A program made the translations under genes and the position numbers. Positions 28,004 through 39,409 of a stretch of 64,000 bases of DNA are shown one piece after another. The DNA lies in assembly GCA_965237955.1 (NCBI GenBank), contig OZ250169.1, positions 5,248,001 to 5,312,000 on the forward strand. Reading direction: 5' to 3'. Within the stretch, counting starts at the first letter, position 1. The number at the start of each line of letters is the position of its first letter. Source of the DNA: Candidatus Marinacidobacterales bacterium (GTDB lineage Bacteria > Acidobacteriota > Vicinamibacteria > Marinacidobacterales > SMYC01). The notes under the pieces are model-generated. The model searched no databases. It had not been told where the DNA came from and was given only the letters and a program-made list of their open reading frames with translations.

Positions 28004-29785
28004 TCACTTCTTGTCCGTTCCCAACACGTGCTCAAAGTCTTCCTTGTCCGGGTTCGTGTCATCCGAACGGCGGCGTGGGGGGACCAGAGCCTCACGCTGG
28101 ATCGGCGGACCCACAACGGGAGGGGGAAGGAGTGGTTCCTCGGGCGGGGCCGGCTGGGCGCTGATGATGTTGACGTCGGCCTCGACCGTCGCCATGGGCG
28201 TTTCGGGCGCTGTCGCGACAGGGTCTTCGGGTAGTGCGAGATCGCTGAACGATGCCATCCCGCCATCGACCGGTGGCGCCTGTACCGGTTGTACCGACGG
28301 TTGCGTTGTCATGTCCGCGGGCGATGGCGGTGCCGCGGCGGGAGGAGGTGACGGCGCCGGTGCGGACGGCGAGTCCGGGCCACCGCCGAGTGCGAGTGCC
28401 TCGAATCCCGACGGAGCTTCGCTCGGTGTCGGGGGAGGCGCCGGCGGGGCGAGATCGGCGTCATCCGGATCGAGCGCGCTCGGACCGTCGAAAAACTGCG
28501 TGGCTGCTTGGTTCGGCGGTGACGGAGGTGACGGTTGCTCAATCGGAGGCGGCGCTGGCGGGGCGACAGCAGATGCCGCGTCATCGCCTTCCAGGATCGA
28601 CTCCATGAGCTCACCCGTAGATTTCGGAACCGCGGGTGCGGCGGCCGGCGGATCGACAAACATCTGCGTGTGCATGAGCTCGTCCGGAATGGCCTTCGGT
28701 GGCTCGGGTGGAGTCGTCGGCGGCGGATCGACGGAAAGCTGAGTTTCGTTCAAGTGCTCCGGAACTGGCGTTGGACTCCGCAGCGCGGGCGCCTCGGACG
28801 GCATCTTCTCCACTGCCTCCGGTCGAGTCATGGAGATTTGCGTCTCGATCAAGTTTTCAGGAATCGCTGCCGGCGCGACCGGAGGATCGATCCCGACTTG
28901 TGTCTGCACTAGCTCTTCGGGGATCGAAGCCGGCTTCGGCGGTTCGATCGACGGCAGAGTTGGCGTGTCGGCCGGCGTTGGGGCAGGCGATTCGATCTCG
29001 GTTGCATTGGCGACACTCGCCGTTAAGGCGGTCTGTGCCGCTACGTCGACGAGATCGATCCAACCGAGAGTGCGGAATGCCCAAAGGTATCGGCACGCCT
29101 CGAAGTCCGGAAGCGTCGCGCGTGTGCAGATGTCCGCGAGCGAGGTCGGCGTCGCGAGCATGTCCACGAGCTCACGCACATCGTCAGCGAGTTTCGAGCC
29201 CAACCACTCTTGCTCGCGCGCGGCGGCTTGCTGGTAAACCGATTCGAGACTTCCAACGCCTTTCGAAACGCGCCGCCAGCTCTCGACGTAGCGGACCCCT
29301 TCGAGGATCAACTCCGGCACGGCGAGGTCCAGAGTGATGGCTTCTTTCTGCTCGAGCTCTTCCTCTTTGAACCGGTACCAGGTCTCGGTGCGGCGGAAGA
29401 GCCCGAGAACAATCGAGCGCACTTGCCCTATTACCGCCGGAACGAGGTCGTCGGCAGTGAGCACGTTCTCGTCGACTAGAAGCTCGCCGAGACGTTTGCC
29501 TGGCTGAACCATTCTCGCGACCCGTGTGTAGTCCATCAACGAGATCTTGCCCGCGCGGAGTAAGTACTGGCCGAGCCCGTCGTCCTGCGACGACGACTCG
29601 GCAAACACGATCTTCCCACCCTGCAAGTCGAGAGTTTTGTCGCCTTCGGGGTTCGAAAAGTGAAGTCGGCCCGTCTTGCCTGAGCGGCTGATGACCAGAA
29701 GGAGATCCGGCAGATCGTGATCGTCGTTCCAGCAGTTGAGGACCCCTTCGAAAGGGATCCGATCGCCTAGAGGCCCTTCGGGCAT
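28004..29785 (-). CDS. DUF4388-like (PatA_N-like) domain protein with Pro-rich disordered tail
   Basis: DLPDLL...KTGRLHF...GKIVFAESS...LGQYLL...KRLGELLV N-terminus; long Pro/Ala tail. Confidence 0.75.
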   Translation of the reverse strand: MPEGPLGDRIPFEGVLNCWNDDHDLPDLLLVISRSGKTGRLHFSNPEGDKTLDLQGGKIVFAESSSQDDGLGQYLLRAGKISLMDYTRVARMVQPGKRLGELLVDENVLTADDLVPAVIGQVRSIVLGLFRRTETWYRFKEEELEQKEAITLDLAVPELILEGVRYVESWRRVSKGVGSLESVYQQAAAREQEWLGSKLADDVRELVDMLATPTSLADICTRATLPDFEACRYLWAFRTLGWIDLVDVAAQTALTASVANATEIESPAPTPADTPTLPSIEPPKPASIPEELVQTQVGIDPPVAPAAIPENLIETQISMTRPEAVEKMPSEAPALRSPTPVPEHLNETQLSVDPPPTTPPEPPKAIPDELMHTQMFVDPPAAAPAVPKSTGELMESILEGDDAASAVAPPAPPPIEQPSPPSPPNQAATQFFDGPSALDPDDADLAPPAPPPTPSEAPSGFEALALGGGPDSPSAPAPSPPPAAAPPSPADMTTQPSVQPVQAPPVDGGMASFSDLALPEDPVATAPETPMATVEADVNIISAQPAPPEEPLLPPPVVGPPIQREALVPPRRRSDDTNPDKEDFEHVLGTDKK

Positions 29786-29902
29786 AGAGCTTCCTCGCCT
29801 CGTTTTTTGTTGAAATCTTCAGTTGGGATGGTACCCAACCATTATACGGGATGAAAAACCGGCAGGAAAACGCTTTAAAGTATTGATATAACTATGTTTA
29901 GG

Positions 29903-31816
29903 CTAGGACACGCCGAGAATCTCGTCCAGATTTAGAGGCAGGCGGATGGTGAACGTCGTACCTTCGCCGGGCGTGCTTTCGGCCTCGATGGTTCCGTGGT
30001 GGTCCTGAATGATTTGATAGCAAATCGATAGGCCGAGTCCGGTGCCGACTCCGACCCCTTTCGTCGTAAAGCCCGGGTCGAAGATCTTCTTCAGGTTCTC
30101 GGGCTCGATCCCGACGCCATCGTCGCTGAACGCGATGATAGCCTGAGCGTCTTCGACGCCGGTGCGGATGGTGATCGTGCCCTTCTCTTTGACGGCCTGG
30201 CGCGCGTTGTTGAGGAGGTTCAGAAAAACATGGTTCAACCGGCTCGGGTACACCGCGAGCGGCGGCACCTCACCGTAGTCCTTGACAATCTCGATGTGGT
30301 GTTTGATCTCGTGATGGACGAGCGTGAGCGTGTCATCGAGTCCTTCGTGCACGTCGACTTGTTTGATCTCGGCTTCGTCGAGGCGTGCGAAGCTCCGGAG
30401 GCGGCGCACGATCTCGCCAACTCTGGAAGCGCCCGATTTGATGACTTGGTTCGACTCGTCGATGACGTCAAAGAGCTTGTTGAGTCTCTTGTCGTTCTCG
30501 AAGCCTTCTTTGTCCCCTCTGTTTTTGGACGTGAGGTGTTCTTTCAGCTTTTCGATAGCACGCATCAGGGTGTCGTGCATGCTCGTCATCGCCCCGACCG
30601 GCGTATTGATCTCGTGCGCGATACCGGCGACGAGGCTCCCGAGCGAAGCCATCTTCTCCGACTGCACGAGCTGGGCCTGGGTTTCGCGCAGCTCCCGGTT
30701 CGTCTTCGCGAGCTCGTTCAGCGCGATCTTGATTTTCGTGATATCTCGACCCATCGTCACGTAGAGATCGAGTTCGCCCTCGGCGTCGTGGATAGGGAAA
30801 ATCGAGATGTCGATGGGAATGCTGACACCGCTTTTTGCCATGCCCTCGGCTTCGCCGCGGTAGCTTCCCGTCGCAGCGATCGCTTGTTTGATCTCAGCGG
30901 CCTTCTGGGAACCGAGGAACTCGAACATGGACTTGCCGACGACATCCTCATCCGTCCAGCCGGTGCGCTGCTCGTGCGCGGGGTTCCGCTCCACGATGTG
31001 GCCGTCTTTGTCGATCACGGTGATGACGTCGACGGAGTGGATGAAGACTTCGTGGTAGATCCGAAGCCTCTCTTCGAGCTCTTTGCGACGGGTAATGTCG
31101 ACGAAGCTGCCGAGGATGACCTTCTCGCCACCGATTTTGGCTTGAGCGAGCGAGAACATCGTCCAGATGGCCGTCCCATCGGCCTTGCGAACGCGGACTT
31201 CGAGGTCTTTGACGAAGCCGTCCTTCTGGAGACGCTCGACGACTTGGTTGCGTTCGGCCGGATCGTAGTAGAACTCGCTCGAGTGCCGGCCTTTGACCTC
31301 ATCGCGGGAGAGTCCGACGAGCTCTGCCAGGTGGCTGTTCGCGTATAAAACCTCGCCGTCACTCAAGCGGGTAATAATGTAGGGAACCGGAGCCGATTCC
31401 ACGAGGGCCGTGAGCTGCTCCTCCGATTGGCGTTGCCACCGTCTGAGCTTCGCGTACTCGAGCGCCTGGTAGATCGTGATTTCCATCTCGTCCAGGGCGA
31501 CGGGCTTGATGAGAAAGCGCTGAGCTCCCTCCATGATCGCCTTGACCGCGAGAGGGATCGACGGATGGGCGGTGAGCAGCACGAGCGGCATGTCGGGATA
31601 GCGCGCCTGAACTTTGGCGAGGACGGCGAGCCCGTCCATCCCGGGCATGTTCAGATCGCAGACAACGAGCTCGTGGCGTTCTCCGTCTAGAAGGTCGAGT
31701 CCGACCTCACCGGACGCGGCGGTGTCGATTTCGAAGCCCCGCTCGCGGAGGCTTGTCGCCAAGCTTTCGCGCTGTTCGGCGTCGTCCTCGATATAGAGAA
31801 GCTTGGTGCCCCCCAT
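29903..31816 (-). CDS. Hybrid REC-PAS-PAS histidine kinase
   Basis: IEDD, CDLNMPGMDG receiver; two PAS domains; EKMASLG...AHEINTP; FDPGFTTK, GTGLGL. Confidence 0.92.
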   Translation of the reverse strand: MGGTKLLYIEDDAEQRESLATSLRERGFEIDTAASGEVGLDLLDGERHELVVCDLNMPGMDGLAVLAKVQARYPDMPLVLLTAHPSIPLAVKAIMEGAQRFLIKPVALDEMEITIYQALEYAKLRRWQRQSEEQLTALVESAPVPYIITRLSDGEVLYANSHLAELVGLSRDEVKGRHSSEFYYDPAERNQVVERLQKDGFVKDLEVRVRKADGTAIWTMFSLAQAKIGGEKVILGSFVDITRRKELEERLRIYHEVFIHSVDVITVIDKDGHIVERNPAHEQRTGWTDEDVVGKSMFEFLGSQKAAEIKQAIAATGSYRGEAEGMAKSGVSIPIDISIFPIHDAEGELDLYVTMGRDITKIKIALNELAKTNRELRETQAQLVQSEKMASLGSLVAGIAHEINTPVGAMTSMHDTLMRAIEKLKEHLTSKNRGDKEGFENDKRLNKLFDVIDESNQVIKSGASRVGEIVRRLRSFARLDEAEIKQVDVHEGLDDTLTLVHHEIKHHIEIVKDYGEVPPLAVYPSRLNHVFLNLLNNARQAVKEKGTITIRTGVEDAQAIIAFSDDGVGIEPENLKKIFDPGFTTKGVGVGTGLGLSICYQIIQDHHGTIEAESTPGEGTTFTIRLPLNLDEILGVS

Positions 31817-31835
31817 GGTGCGAGCCGGTCGCCGA

Positions 31836-32852
<1,017 letters not shown>

Positions 32853-32912
32853 CTAATGCGCTGAATCGGCGTGATAATGCTCAAGTTCTGCCGCGTGAGG
32901 TGAGCGAGCGAG

Positions 32913-32942
32913 AGTATACGGTCGTGTTGGCGGAAGTGTCAA
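32913..32942 (-). promoter_or_regulatory. Sigma70-type promoter of gap
   Basis: TTGACA-18 bp-TATACT on the minus strand. Confidence 0.7.
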
Positions 32943-32989
32943 TCTATGCCAGGCTGTGCCGTAACTCACTTATTTTCAGCTAATTCCAA

Positions 32990-33018
32990 TTGACAGCTCC
33001 GGCGCCTCCTCGTATAGT
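32990..33018 (+). promoter_or_regulatory. Sigma70-type promoter of the LPS operon
   Basis: TTGACA-17 bp-TATAGT. Confidence 0.75.
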
Positions 33019-33034
33019 CGCGGGGCGGCCTTCG

Positions 33035-34321
33035 ATGTATCTTCTTTATAGCCTCCTCTTCGGAGGGCTCCTCCTAGTGGGTCTACCGTACCTCCTGTAC
33101 CGGAGCTTCCGTCAACAAGGCTATGCGCGCAGTCTCGTCGAGCGCGTTCGCGTTCCCGAGCTCGAAGCTTCGAAGCAGGCTGAACAGGCTGAACAGGCGA
33201 CGATTTGGCTCCATGCGGTCTCCGTGGGAGAGGTTATCGCTGTCGCGACGCTCCTCCCGGCGCTCGAGCGCGCCTTTCCCGATGCACGGTTCGTCGTGTC
33301 GGTCATCACCGTGACCGGGCGCCGCGTTGCGGAGGACAAGCTCCAAGACGTCGCGGCCGTCTTCTACTGCCCGTTCGACCTCGCGTTTTTCGTGCGCCGC
33401 GTCGTCAACAAAGTGCGGCCACGCGCACTCGTCGTCATCGAGACCGAGATCTGGCCGCATCTGTTGCGCGAGGCCAAGCGGTCCGGCGCGAAGACGATGA
33501 TCGCCGGCGGGCGGATCTCGGATCGATCGTTCCTACGCTATCGGACCATCCGTGGATTCATGAAGCGCTTTCTCGCGGAAGTCGACGGCTTCTGCATGCA
33601 GAACGAGCTCTACCGCGAGCGCATCGAGGCGCTCGGCGCGCCGCCCGAGCGCATTCGGGTGACGGGAAGTTTGAAGTTCGATGCTATCGCGCCGTCGATG
33701 GCACGCGTTGAGCGGGTTTTTCCCGAGAACCGGCGCGTTCTCGTGGCAGGGAGCACGCTCGATCCCGAAGAGGAGGAGCTTCTCTATGTCTTCGAGTCGC
33801 TGTCGCGCGACGCGCCGGATCTCTTCCTCGTCATTGCGCCGAGACACCCGCCTCGATTCGATGTCGTTACCGAGCTCGTGCGAAAGCGCGGCCATCGCGT
33901 CATACGCCGCTCGGACCCGGGCCCCGACAAGGCTGACATAAAGGACACCGGCGACGCGGACGTGATGATCTTGGACACGCTCGGCGAGCTGGCATCCCTC
34001 TACGAGCAGGCCGATTACGTTTTCGTCGGCGGAAGTTTGGCCGACTGGGGTGGTCACAACATCATCGAGCCCGCATCGAAAGGTAAGCCCGTCGTTTTCG
34101 GCCCCCACATGCGGAACTTCGCCGACGTCGCGACGCTGTTCGTCGAAGGCAATGCCGCGGTGCAGGTTCAAGACAGTGATGAGCTGGAGTCCGTGCTGCG
34201 CGATTGGATCGAAAACCCCGAGCGAGCCCGTGAGCTTTCCGAGAACACGACGCGGGTCATCGAAGACAACCGCGGGGCATCCGAGCGGACGGTTGCCGCA
34301 CTCAAAGAGCTTCTTGAATGA
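33035..34321 (+). CDS. waaA: Kdo transferase
   Basis: IWLHAVSVGE, IETEIWP, TGSLKFD, IAPRHP.RF, GGHNIIEPA. Confidence 0.95.
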   Translation: MYLLYSLLFGGLLLVGLPYLLYRSFRQQGYARSLVERVRVPELEASKQAEQAEQATIWLHAVSVGEVIAVATLLPALERAFPDARFVVSVITVTGRRVAEDKLQDVAAVFYCPFDLAFFVRRVVNKVRPRALVVIETEIWPHLLREAKRSGAKTMIAGGRISDRSFLRYRTIRGFMKRFLAEVDGFCMQNELYRERIEALGAPPERIRVTGSLKFDAIAPSMARVERVFPENRRVLVAGSTLDPEEEELLYVFESLSRDAPDLFLVIAPRHPPRFDVVTELVRKRGHRVIRRSDPGPDKADIKDTGDADVMILDTLGELASLYEQADYVFVGGSLADWGGHNIIEPASKGKPVVFGPHMRNFADVATLFVEGNAAVQVQDSDELESVLRDWIENPERARELSENTTRVIEDNRGASERTVAALKELLE

Positions 34322-35331
34322 AGGCGAAGGCGCTTTTACCTCTGTCGTGGCTCTACGGCGCGGCCGTCGGCATCCGCAATCACTACTACGACAGCGTGGA
34401 CGCGAAGAAGCTTCCCGTTCCCGTCGTAAGCGTCGGGAATGTCACCGTCGGTGGGAGCGGCAAGACCCCTCTCGTCGCGACGCTGGCGCAAGAGCTTCTC
34501 GCGCGTGAGTTTCCCGTCGCGGTGCTTTCGAGAGGCTATGGTCGCGAGGGGCATGCACCCTTCGTTCTCGTATCCGATGGCAACAAAGTGCTCGTCGACG
34601 CTCGAGAGGGAGGCGACGAGCCGGTGGAGCTCGCGCGCAAAATCCCGGGACTCGTCGTTGCCGTGGGGGCCGATCGTGTCGGCGCCGCGGAGACCCTTCT
34701 CGAAAAACTAGGACGCCACGTGATCCTTCTCGATGACGGCTTCCAGCACCGTCGTCTCGCCCGGGATGTCGACCTCGTGTGTTTTGATTGCACGGAGTCG
34801 GAGTCGAGCCTGCATCTGCTCCCGGCGGGGCGGTTGCGCGAGCCGCTCCGGAATCTGAAGCGGGCGGATGCGGTGGTTCTCACGCGGTGGAGCGAGTCGT
34901 GCCGGACGCCGGATCTTGGTGATGTGCCGGCCATTCGGGCCGTAAGTCGCGTCGTCGGGTTTACCCGTATCGATAAGGAAGGGAATGAAGGGACGGAAGG
35001 GGACTCGCTCGACGCGGGCGCGTTCCACGACGAAACGGTGAGCCTGGCGCTCGGTATCGCTCGGCCGGAGCGGGTCCGGGAGAGTCTCGACGCTCACGTC
35101 GCGCACGTCGTCGCCCGCCGCGACCACCATCAGTGGAGTGAGACCGAGCTTCGGGAGATCGTCGACGAAGCCAAGGCGAAGGGCGCGCGTGCGCTTCTGA
35201 CGACGGGAAAAGACGCGGTCAAGATGTCTCTCCCGGCGTCGGCGTCTCTTCCCGTGTATCGTATCGACGTCGAGACCGAGATCTTGGACCTCGAAGTGCT
35301 GCGACGACTCGTGGCTTTTCCGCCGCTCTGA
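34318..35331 (+). CDS. lpxK: Tetraacyldisaccharide 4'-kinase
   Basis: SVGNVTVGGSGKTP, LSRGYG, GDEP, LDDGFQH, LLPAGRLREP. Confidence 0.95.
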   Translation: MKAKALLPLSWLYGAAVGIRNHYYDSVDAKKLPVPVVSVGNVTVGGSGKTPLVATLAQELLAREFPVAVLSRGYGREGHAPFVLVSDGNKVLVDAREGGDEPVELARKIPGLVVAVGADRVGAAETLLEKLGRHVILLDDGFQHRRLARDVDLVCFDCTESESSLHLLPAGRLREPLRNLKRADAVVLTRWSESCRTPDLGDVPAIRAVSRVVGFTRIDKEGNEGTEGDSLDAGAFHDETVSLALGIARPERVRESLDAHVAHVVARRDHHQWSETELREIVDEAKAKGARALLTTGKDAVKMSLPASASLPVYRIDVETEILDLEVLRRLVAFPPL

Positions 35332-35366
35332 GTCGGAGTAAAATTAACTGTTTTAGAGTGTCGAGA

Positions 35367-36341
35367 ATGAAGCACGTTATCGAGTACGGTTTGGCGGTCG
35401 GGATCGGTGGCCTCATGCGCCTCGTTCCGCGCCGCACGCGTCTCGCGTGCGGTCGGGCGCTGGGAAGCCTCGTCTATGCGTTCGACGCCCGCCACCGTAA
35501 CATCACCATCGATAACGTCAGCAAAGCCTACGGAAACGAGAAGAGCGACGCGGAGAAGCGAGCCATCGCCGAAGGCGCGTTCCGACACTTCGGTGCCATG
35601 GTGTTCGAGCTCATCACGCTGGGCTCTCCTTCCGCGAAAAAGATCGACGGGCTGGTAGAGCTCGATGGTATCGAGCGCTACGAGCAAGCGCGTGCAAAAG
35701 GAAAAGGCGTCATCCTCATCACCGGTCATTTCGGCAACTGGGAGATCCACGGCGTGGCGCACGGGTATCGTTGGGGGCGCATCCACGTTTTGGCGCGCGT
35801 GCAAGACAACCCGTACTTCAACCGCTGGCTCGAGAAAATCCGCACGATCTCCGGAAACGAAGTGGTGTACAAGCAGAAGGCGTTGAGTCACATGAGGCGG
35901 CTCCTCAGGGAAGGGGAGACCATCGCCCTCGTGATCGATCAAAACGTGCACGTGCAAGACGCGGTGTTCGCCGATTTTTTTGGCCGCAAGGCGGCGACGA
36001 CTCCGGTGCCGAGCTGGTTCGCGTTGAGGACGGGCGCGACGTTGATGCCGGCTTTCTGCGTTCCGCTTCCCGATGGGCACTACCGGGCGGTGTACTCGGA
36101 GCCCATCGACTGCGAGCGCTACCGCGACATGGATCGCGACGACGCCATCCTCGCGATCACACAAGAGCTCGTGCGTGTGCAAGAAAACTACATTCGCGAG
36201 CATCCGGACTGCTGGCTGTGGATGCACCGTCGTTGGAGAACGCGGCCACCGGAAGAGTCTGAAGACCTGGCTGTGGCGCCACCCGATGACCCCGATAAGA
36301 AAGCCCTGGAAAACCCGGCGGCGGTGCCCGAGCTTCGATGA
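35367..36341 (+). CDS. lpxL: Lipid A late acyltransferase (LpxL/HtrB family)
   Basis: TGHFGNWE, IDQ, FFG, WLWMHRRW. Confidence 0.88.
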   Translation: MKHVIEYGLAVGIGGLMRLVPRRTRLACGRALGSLVYAFDARHRNITIDNVSKAYGNEKSDAEKRAIAEGAFRHFGAMVFELITLGSPSAKKIDGLVELDGIERYEQARAKGKGVILITGHFGNWEIHGVAHGYRWGRIHVLARVQDNPYFNRWLEKIRTISGNEVVYKQKALSHMRRLLREGETIALVIDQNVHVQDAVFADFFGRKAATTPVPSWFALRTGATLMPAFCVPLPDGHYRAVYSEPIDCERYRDMDRDDAILAITQELVRVQENYIREHPDCWLWMHRRWRTRPPEESEDLAVAPPDDPDKKALENPAAVPELR

Positions 36342-37363
36342 CCGTGCGCTCCGTTCTCGTCTACGCTCCGAGCTGGATTGGCGATGCGGTGATGTCTCTC
36401 GGCGCGCTGCGCGCACTGCGACAAAACTACCCCGATGCGCGTCTGAGCGTTCTCACGCGCCCCTGGGTGCAAGACCTCTACGACGTTTGCGGCGTCGTCG
36501 ATGACGCGATCCTCTACGACCCCAGAGGTGCTGACCGCGGCGCCGCGGGGTTCATGCGTGCAGCGAGACGCGTGCGACGGGGGCGCTTCGACGTCTCCGT
36601 CTTGTTCCCGAACGCGTTCCGCGCGGCCGCGCTCGTCCGAGCTTCCGGTGTTCCCGAGCGCTGGGGCTATGCCACCGAAAGCCGCGGGTTCTTGCTCACC
36701 AAACGCGTGCCGCCTGCACCAAGGCCGTTCGGGCGTCACCAGAGCTACTACTACCTGGATCTTCTGAGCGGCCTGGATCTCGAAGTTGGGGAGCCCGACA
36801 CGACGCTCACCGCGACGACGACGATGCGAGATGCGGCGCGAACCCTGCTCGAGCGCAATGGTTGGAACGGCGGACCTCTCGTTGGCGTGCATCCGGGTGC
36901 CGCCAACAGCCCCGCCAAGCTGTGGAAGGCGTCACGGTTCGCGGAAGTCGCGCGCAAGCTCGCCGAGGTCGAAAACGCGCAAGTCGTGATTTTGGGCGGC
37001 ACGACCGAAGGCGAGCTCGCGGCAGAAGTTCAACGAGGGCTTCCATCGGACGTCGCGCTGATGCTCCAGGGGAAAACGTCGCTTGCGGACCTGATAGGTG
37101 TGCTCACAGAGCTATCCGTCTTCCTTTCCAACGACTCGGGGCCGATGCACCTGGCAGCCGCGCTCGGAGTCCGGACGGTGGCGGTTTTCGGCCCGACCGA
37201 TGCGCGCGAGACGGGCCCCATGAGCTCGTATGCGCGTGTCGTGCGCGAGCCCGTCGATTGCAGCCCGTGCCTCTACCGCGACTGCCCGATCGACCACCGG
37301 TGTATGGAGCGCGTCACCTCCGAGCGCGTTTATGACGAGGCTTCCGCGCTGATATCGTCATGA
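36338..37363 (+). CDS. waaF: LPS heptosyltransferase II
   Basis: PSWIGDAVM, HPGA...AKLW, NDSGPMHLAAA, VFGPT, CSPC. Confidence 0.9.
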   Translation: MTVRSVLVYAPSWIGDAVMSLGALRALRQNYPDARLSVLTRPWVQDLYDVCGVVDDAILYDPRGADRGAAGFMRAARRVRRGRFDVSVLFPNAFRAAALVRASGVPERWGYATESRGFLLTKRVPPAPRPFGRHQSYYYLDLLSGLDLEVGEPDTTLTATTTMRDAARTLLERNGWNGGPLVGVHPGAANSPAKLWKASRFAEVARKLAEVENAQVVILGGTTEGELAAEVQRGLPSDVALMLQGKTSLADLIGVLTELSVFLSNDSGPMHLAAALGVRTVAVFGPTDARETGPMSSYARVVREPVDCSPCLYRDCPIDHRCMERVTSERVYDEASALISS

Positions 37364-37926
37364 GTGGTAAGCCGGCGATCTTTCTCGACCGAGACGGCAC
37401 CCTCAACGAGTCCGTCGGCTACGTGAATCACGCGAGCCGGTTTCGCCTGTTCCCATGGAGTGTCGACGCGGTTCGCCTTGTTCGAGACGAAGGCTACCTC
37501 GCGGTCATCGTGACGAATCAATCTGGAATCGGACGCGGCTTTTTCTCGGACGAGCTGCTGACATCGATTCACGGGGAGCTCGAGGCACGGCTCGAAAAAG
37601 CGGGGACGGGGCTCGACGGTATCTATTACTGCCCGCACAAACCTAGCGACGAGTGCGAGTGTCGCAAACCGCAGGCCGGCATGCTGCGACGAGCGAGTGA
37701 GAGTGACGAGCTCGATATCGACCTCGAACGCTCGTGGATCGTCGGCGACACGATGACGGACCTCGAAGCGGGGTGGGCTGTCGGCACGCGTGGCGCGCTC
37801 GTCAGGACCGGTTTCGGTGAAGGCAGCTTGAAGTTCGAGAGCGCGGGCTGGCCCCGTCAGCCGGACCTCGTCGCCGACAACGTCTACCGTGCGATCGCAG
37901 ACATTGTCTGGGGGAGTGCGAGTTGA
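37360..37926 (+). CDS. gmhB: D-glycero-D-manno-heptose 1,7-bisphosphate phosphatase
   Basis: FLDRDGTL, TNQSGIGRG, CPH...CECRKP. Confidence 0.92.
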   Translation: MSGKPAIFLDRDGTLNESVGYVNHASRFRLFPWSVDAVRLVRDEGYLAVIVTNQSGIGRGFFSDELLTSIHGELEARLEKAGTGLDGIYYCPHKPSDECECRKPQAGMLRRASESDELDIDLERSWIVGDTMTDLEAGWAVGTRGALVRTGFGEGSLKFESAGWPRQPDLVADNVYRAIADIVWGSAS

Positions 37927-38924
37927 AGGACCGCCTCCTCGAGCTCATCGACGCGTTCTCGAACGTGGGCGTGTTGTGCGTCGTCGACCTTGTCGCGGAC
38001 GAGTACGTCTACGGCCAGATATCGCGCGTCAGTCGGGAAGCGCCGGTTTTGATTCTCGACTATGACGACACGCGTATCGTGCCGGGTGGAGGAGGCAACG
38101 CCGTCAACAATATTGCGGCACTCGGCGGCCGGCCGTTGGCGATTGGGATGGTCGGGAAGGATCCAGCGGGACGAGACCTCATCGCCGCGCTGCGGAAGTC
38201 GAAGGTCGACGTCACTGCGGTGCGCCGCGATCCCGACTACCGCACGCCCGCGAAAACGCGCATTCTCGCTGGTGGGATCCACTCCGGTAAGCAACAGGTC
38301 GTCCGCATCGATCGCAAGACGCGCGTGAGCATGACGCGGGAGATCGACAAGCATCTGGACAGTGCGGTGAAGGATTTGTTGCCGCACGCGGATGTCGTGA
38401 TGGTGTCGGACTACGACTACGGTCTCATCACGCCCGATTTCGGCAATGCCCTCGCACGGCGCACGGCGTCGTTGCGCAAACAAGCGGTGCTCGATTCGCG
38501 TTATTCGATCCTGTCGTATTCGGGGTTTACGTCCGCGACGCCCAACGAGCCGGAGGTCGAAGCGGCGCTTGGTATCGCGATCGGACACGATGACGCGACG
38601 CTCGAGAATGCCGGACGGAAGTTGATGACGAAGCTCCGTACGCGGGCGCTTTTGATGACGCGCGGGAAAGATGGGATGGCGCTTTTCGAGCCGCGCCGGG
38701 CGACGCGTCACATTCCGATCTACGGAAGCGATGCAATCGCCGATGTCACCGGCGCGGGCGATACCGTCATTAGCGCGTACACGCTTGCCTTGGGTGCGGG
38801 CGCGTCGTTCCACGAAGCGGCCATGCTGGCAAACTACGCGGGCGGCATCGTGGTGATGAAGCGCGGCACTGCCACGGTGTCGCGCGAAGAGCTCGCCGAC
38901 GCCGTCGGCACCGATAGCGAGTGA
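37923..38924 (+). CDS. hldA: Heptose-7-phosphate kinase (RfaE domain I, PfkB family)
   Basis: RVSREAPV, GGGGN, SDYDYG, TPN, DVTGAGDTV. Confidence 0.88.
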   Translation: MKDRLLELIDAFSNVGVLCVVDLVADEYVYGQISRVSREAPVLILDYDDTRIVPGGGGNAVNNIAALGGRPLAIGMVGKDPAGRDLIAALRKSKVDVTAVRRDPDYRTPAKTRILAGGIHSGKQQVVRIDRKTRVSMTREIDKHLDSAVKDLLPHADVVMVSDYDYGLITPDFGNALARRTASLRKQAVLDSRYSILSYSGFTSATPNEPEVEAALGIAIGHDDATLENAGRKLMTKLRTRALLMTRGKDGMALFEPRRATRHIPIYGSDAIADVTGAGDTVISAYTLALGAGASFHEAAMLANYAGGIVVMKRGTATVSREELADAVGTDSE

Positions 38925-38925
38925 G

Positions 38926-39405
38926 ATGGGCTCGGTCGTCGAATTGGAAAAGGCAGCCCGGCTCGTCGAAGACGCGAAGCGCGACGGCAAGCGCGTGGTG
39001 CTCGCGAACGGTCACTTCGATCTGCTGCACGTCGGCCACGTTCGCTATCTCGAAGGCGCGCGCGCCGCGGGTGATGTTCTCGTCGTCGGGGTGAACGGCG
39101 ACGAGGTTACGAAGAAGCTCAAGGGTCCGGGCCGACCCATCCTGAGCGCGGCGGAGCGAGCGGAGCTGGTGGCTGCGCTCGAGAGCGTCGATGTCGTTGT
39201 CGTTTTCGATGACATCAACGTCGCCGCGCTCCTCGAGCGGCTTCGCCCCAACGTCCACTGCAAGGGAACGGACTACACCGAAGACACGGTCCCCGAACGC
39301 GAAGTGATGCGTGAGCTAGGCGGCGAAACCCGCATCGTCGGCGACCCAAAGGATCATTCGACCCACGATCTTATCGCCGCAATCCGAGAACGCTTTTCTA
39401 AATAA
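38926..39405 (+). CDS. hldC: Heptose-1-phosphate adenylyltransferase (RfaE domain II)
   Basis: ANGHFDLLHVGHVRYL, LKGPGRP, KGTDY. Confidence 0.88.
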   Translation: MGSVVELEKAARLVEDAKRDGKRVVLANGHFDLLHVGHVRYLEGARAAGDVLVVGVNGDEVTKKLKGPGRPILSAAERAELVAALESVDVVVVFDDINVAALLERLRPNVHCKGTDYTEDTVPEREVMRELGGETRIVGDPKDHSTHDLIAAIRERFSK

Positions 39406-39409
39406 AAAA

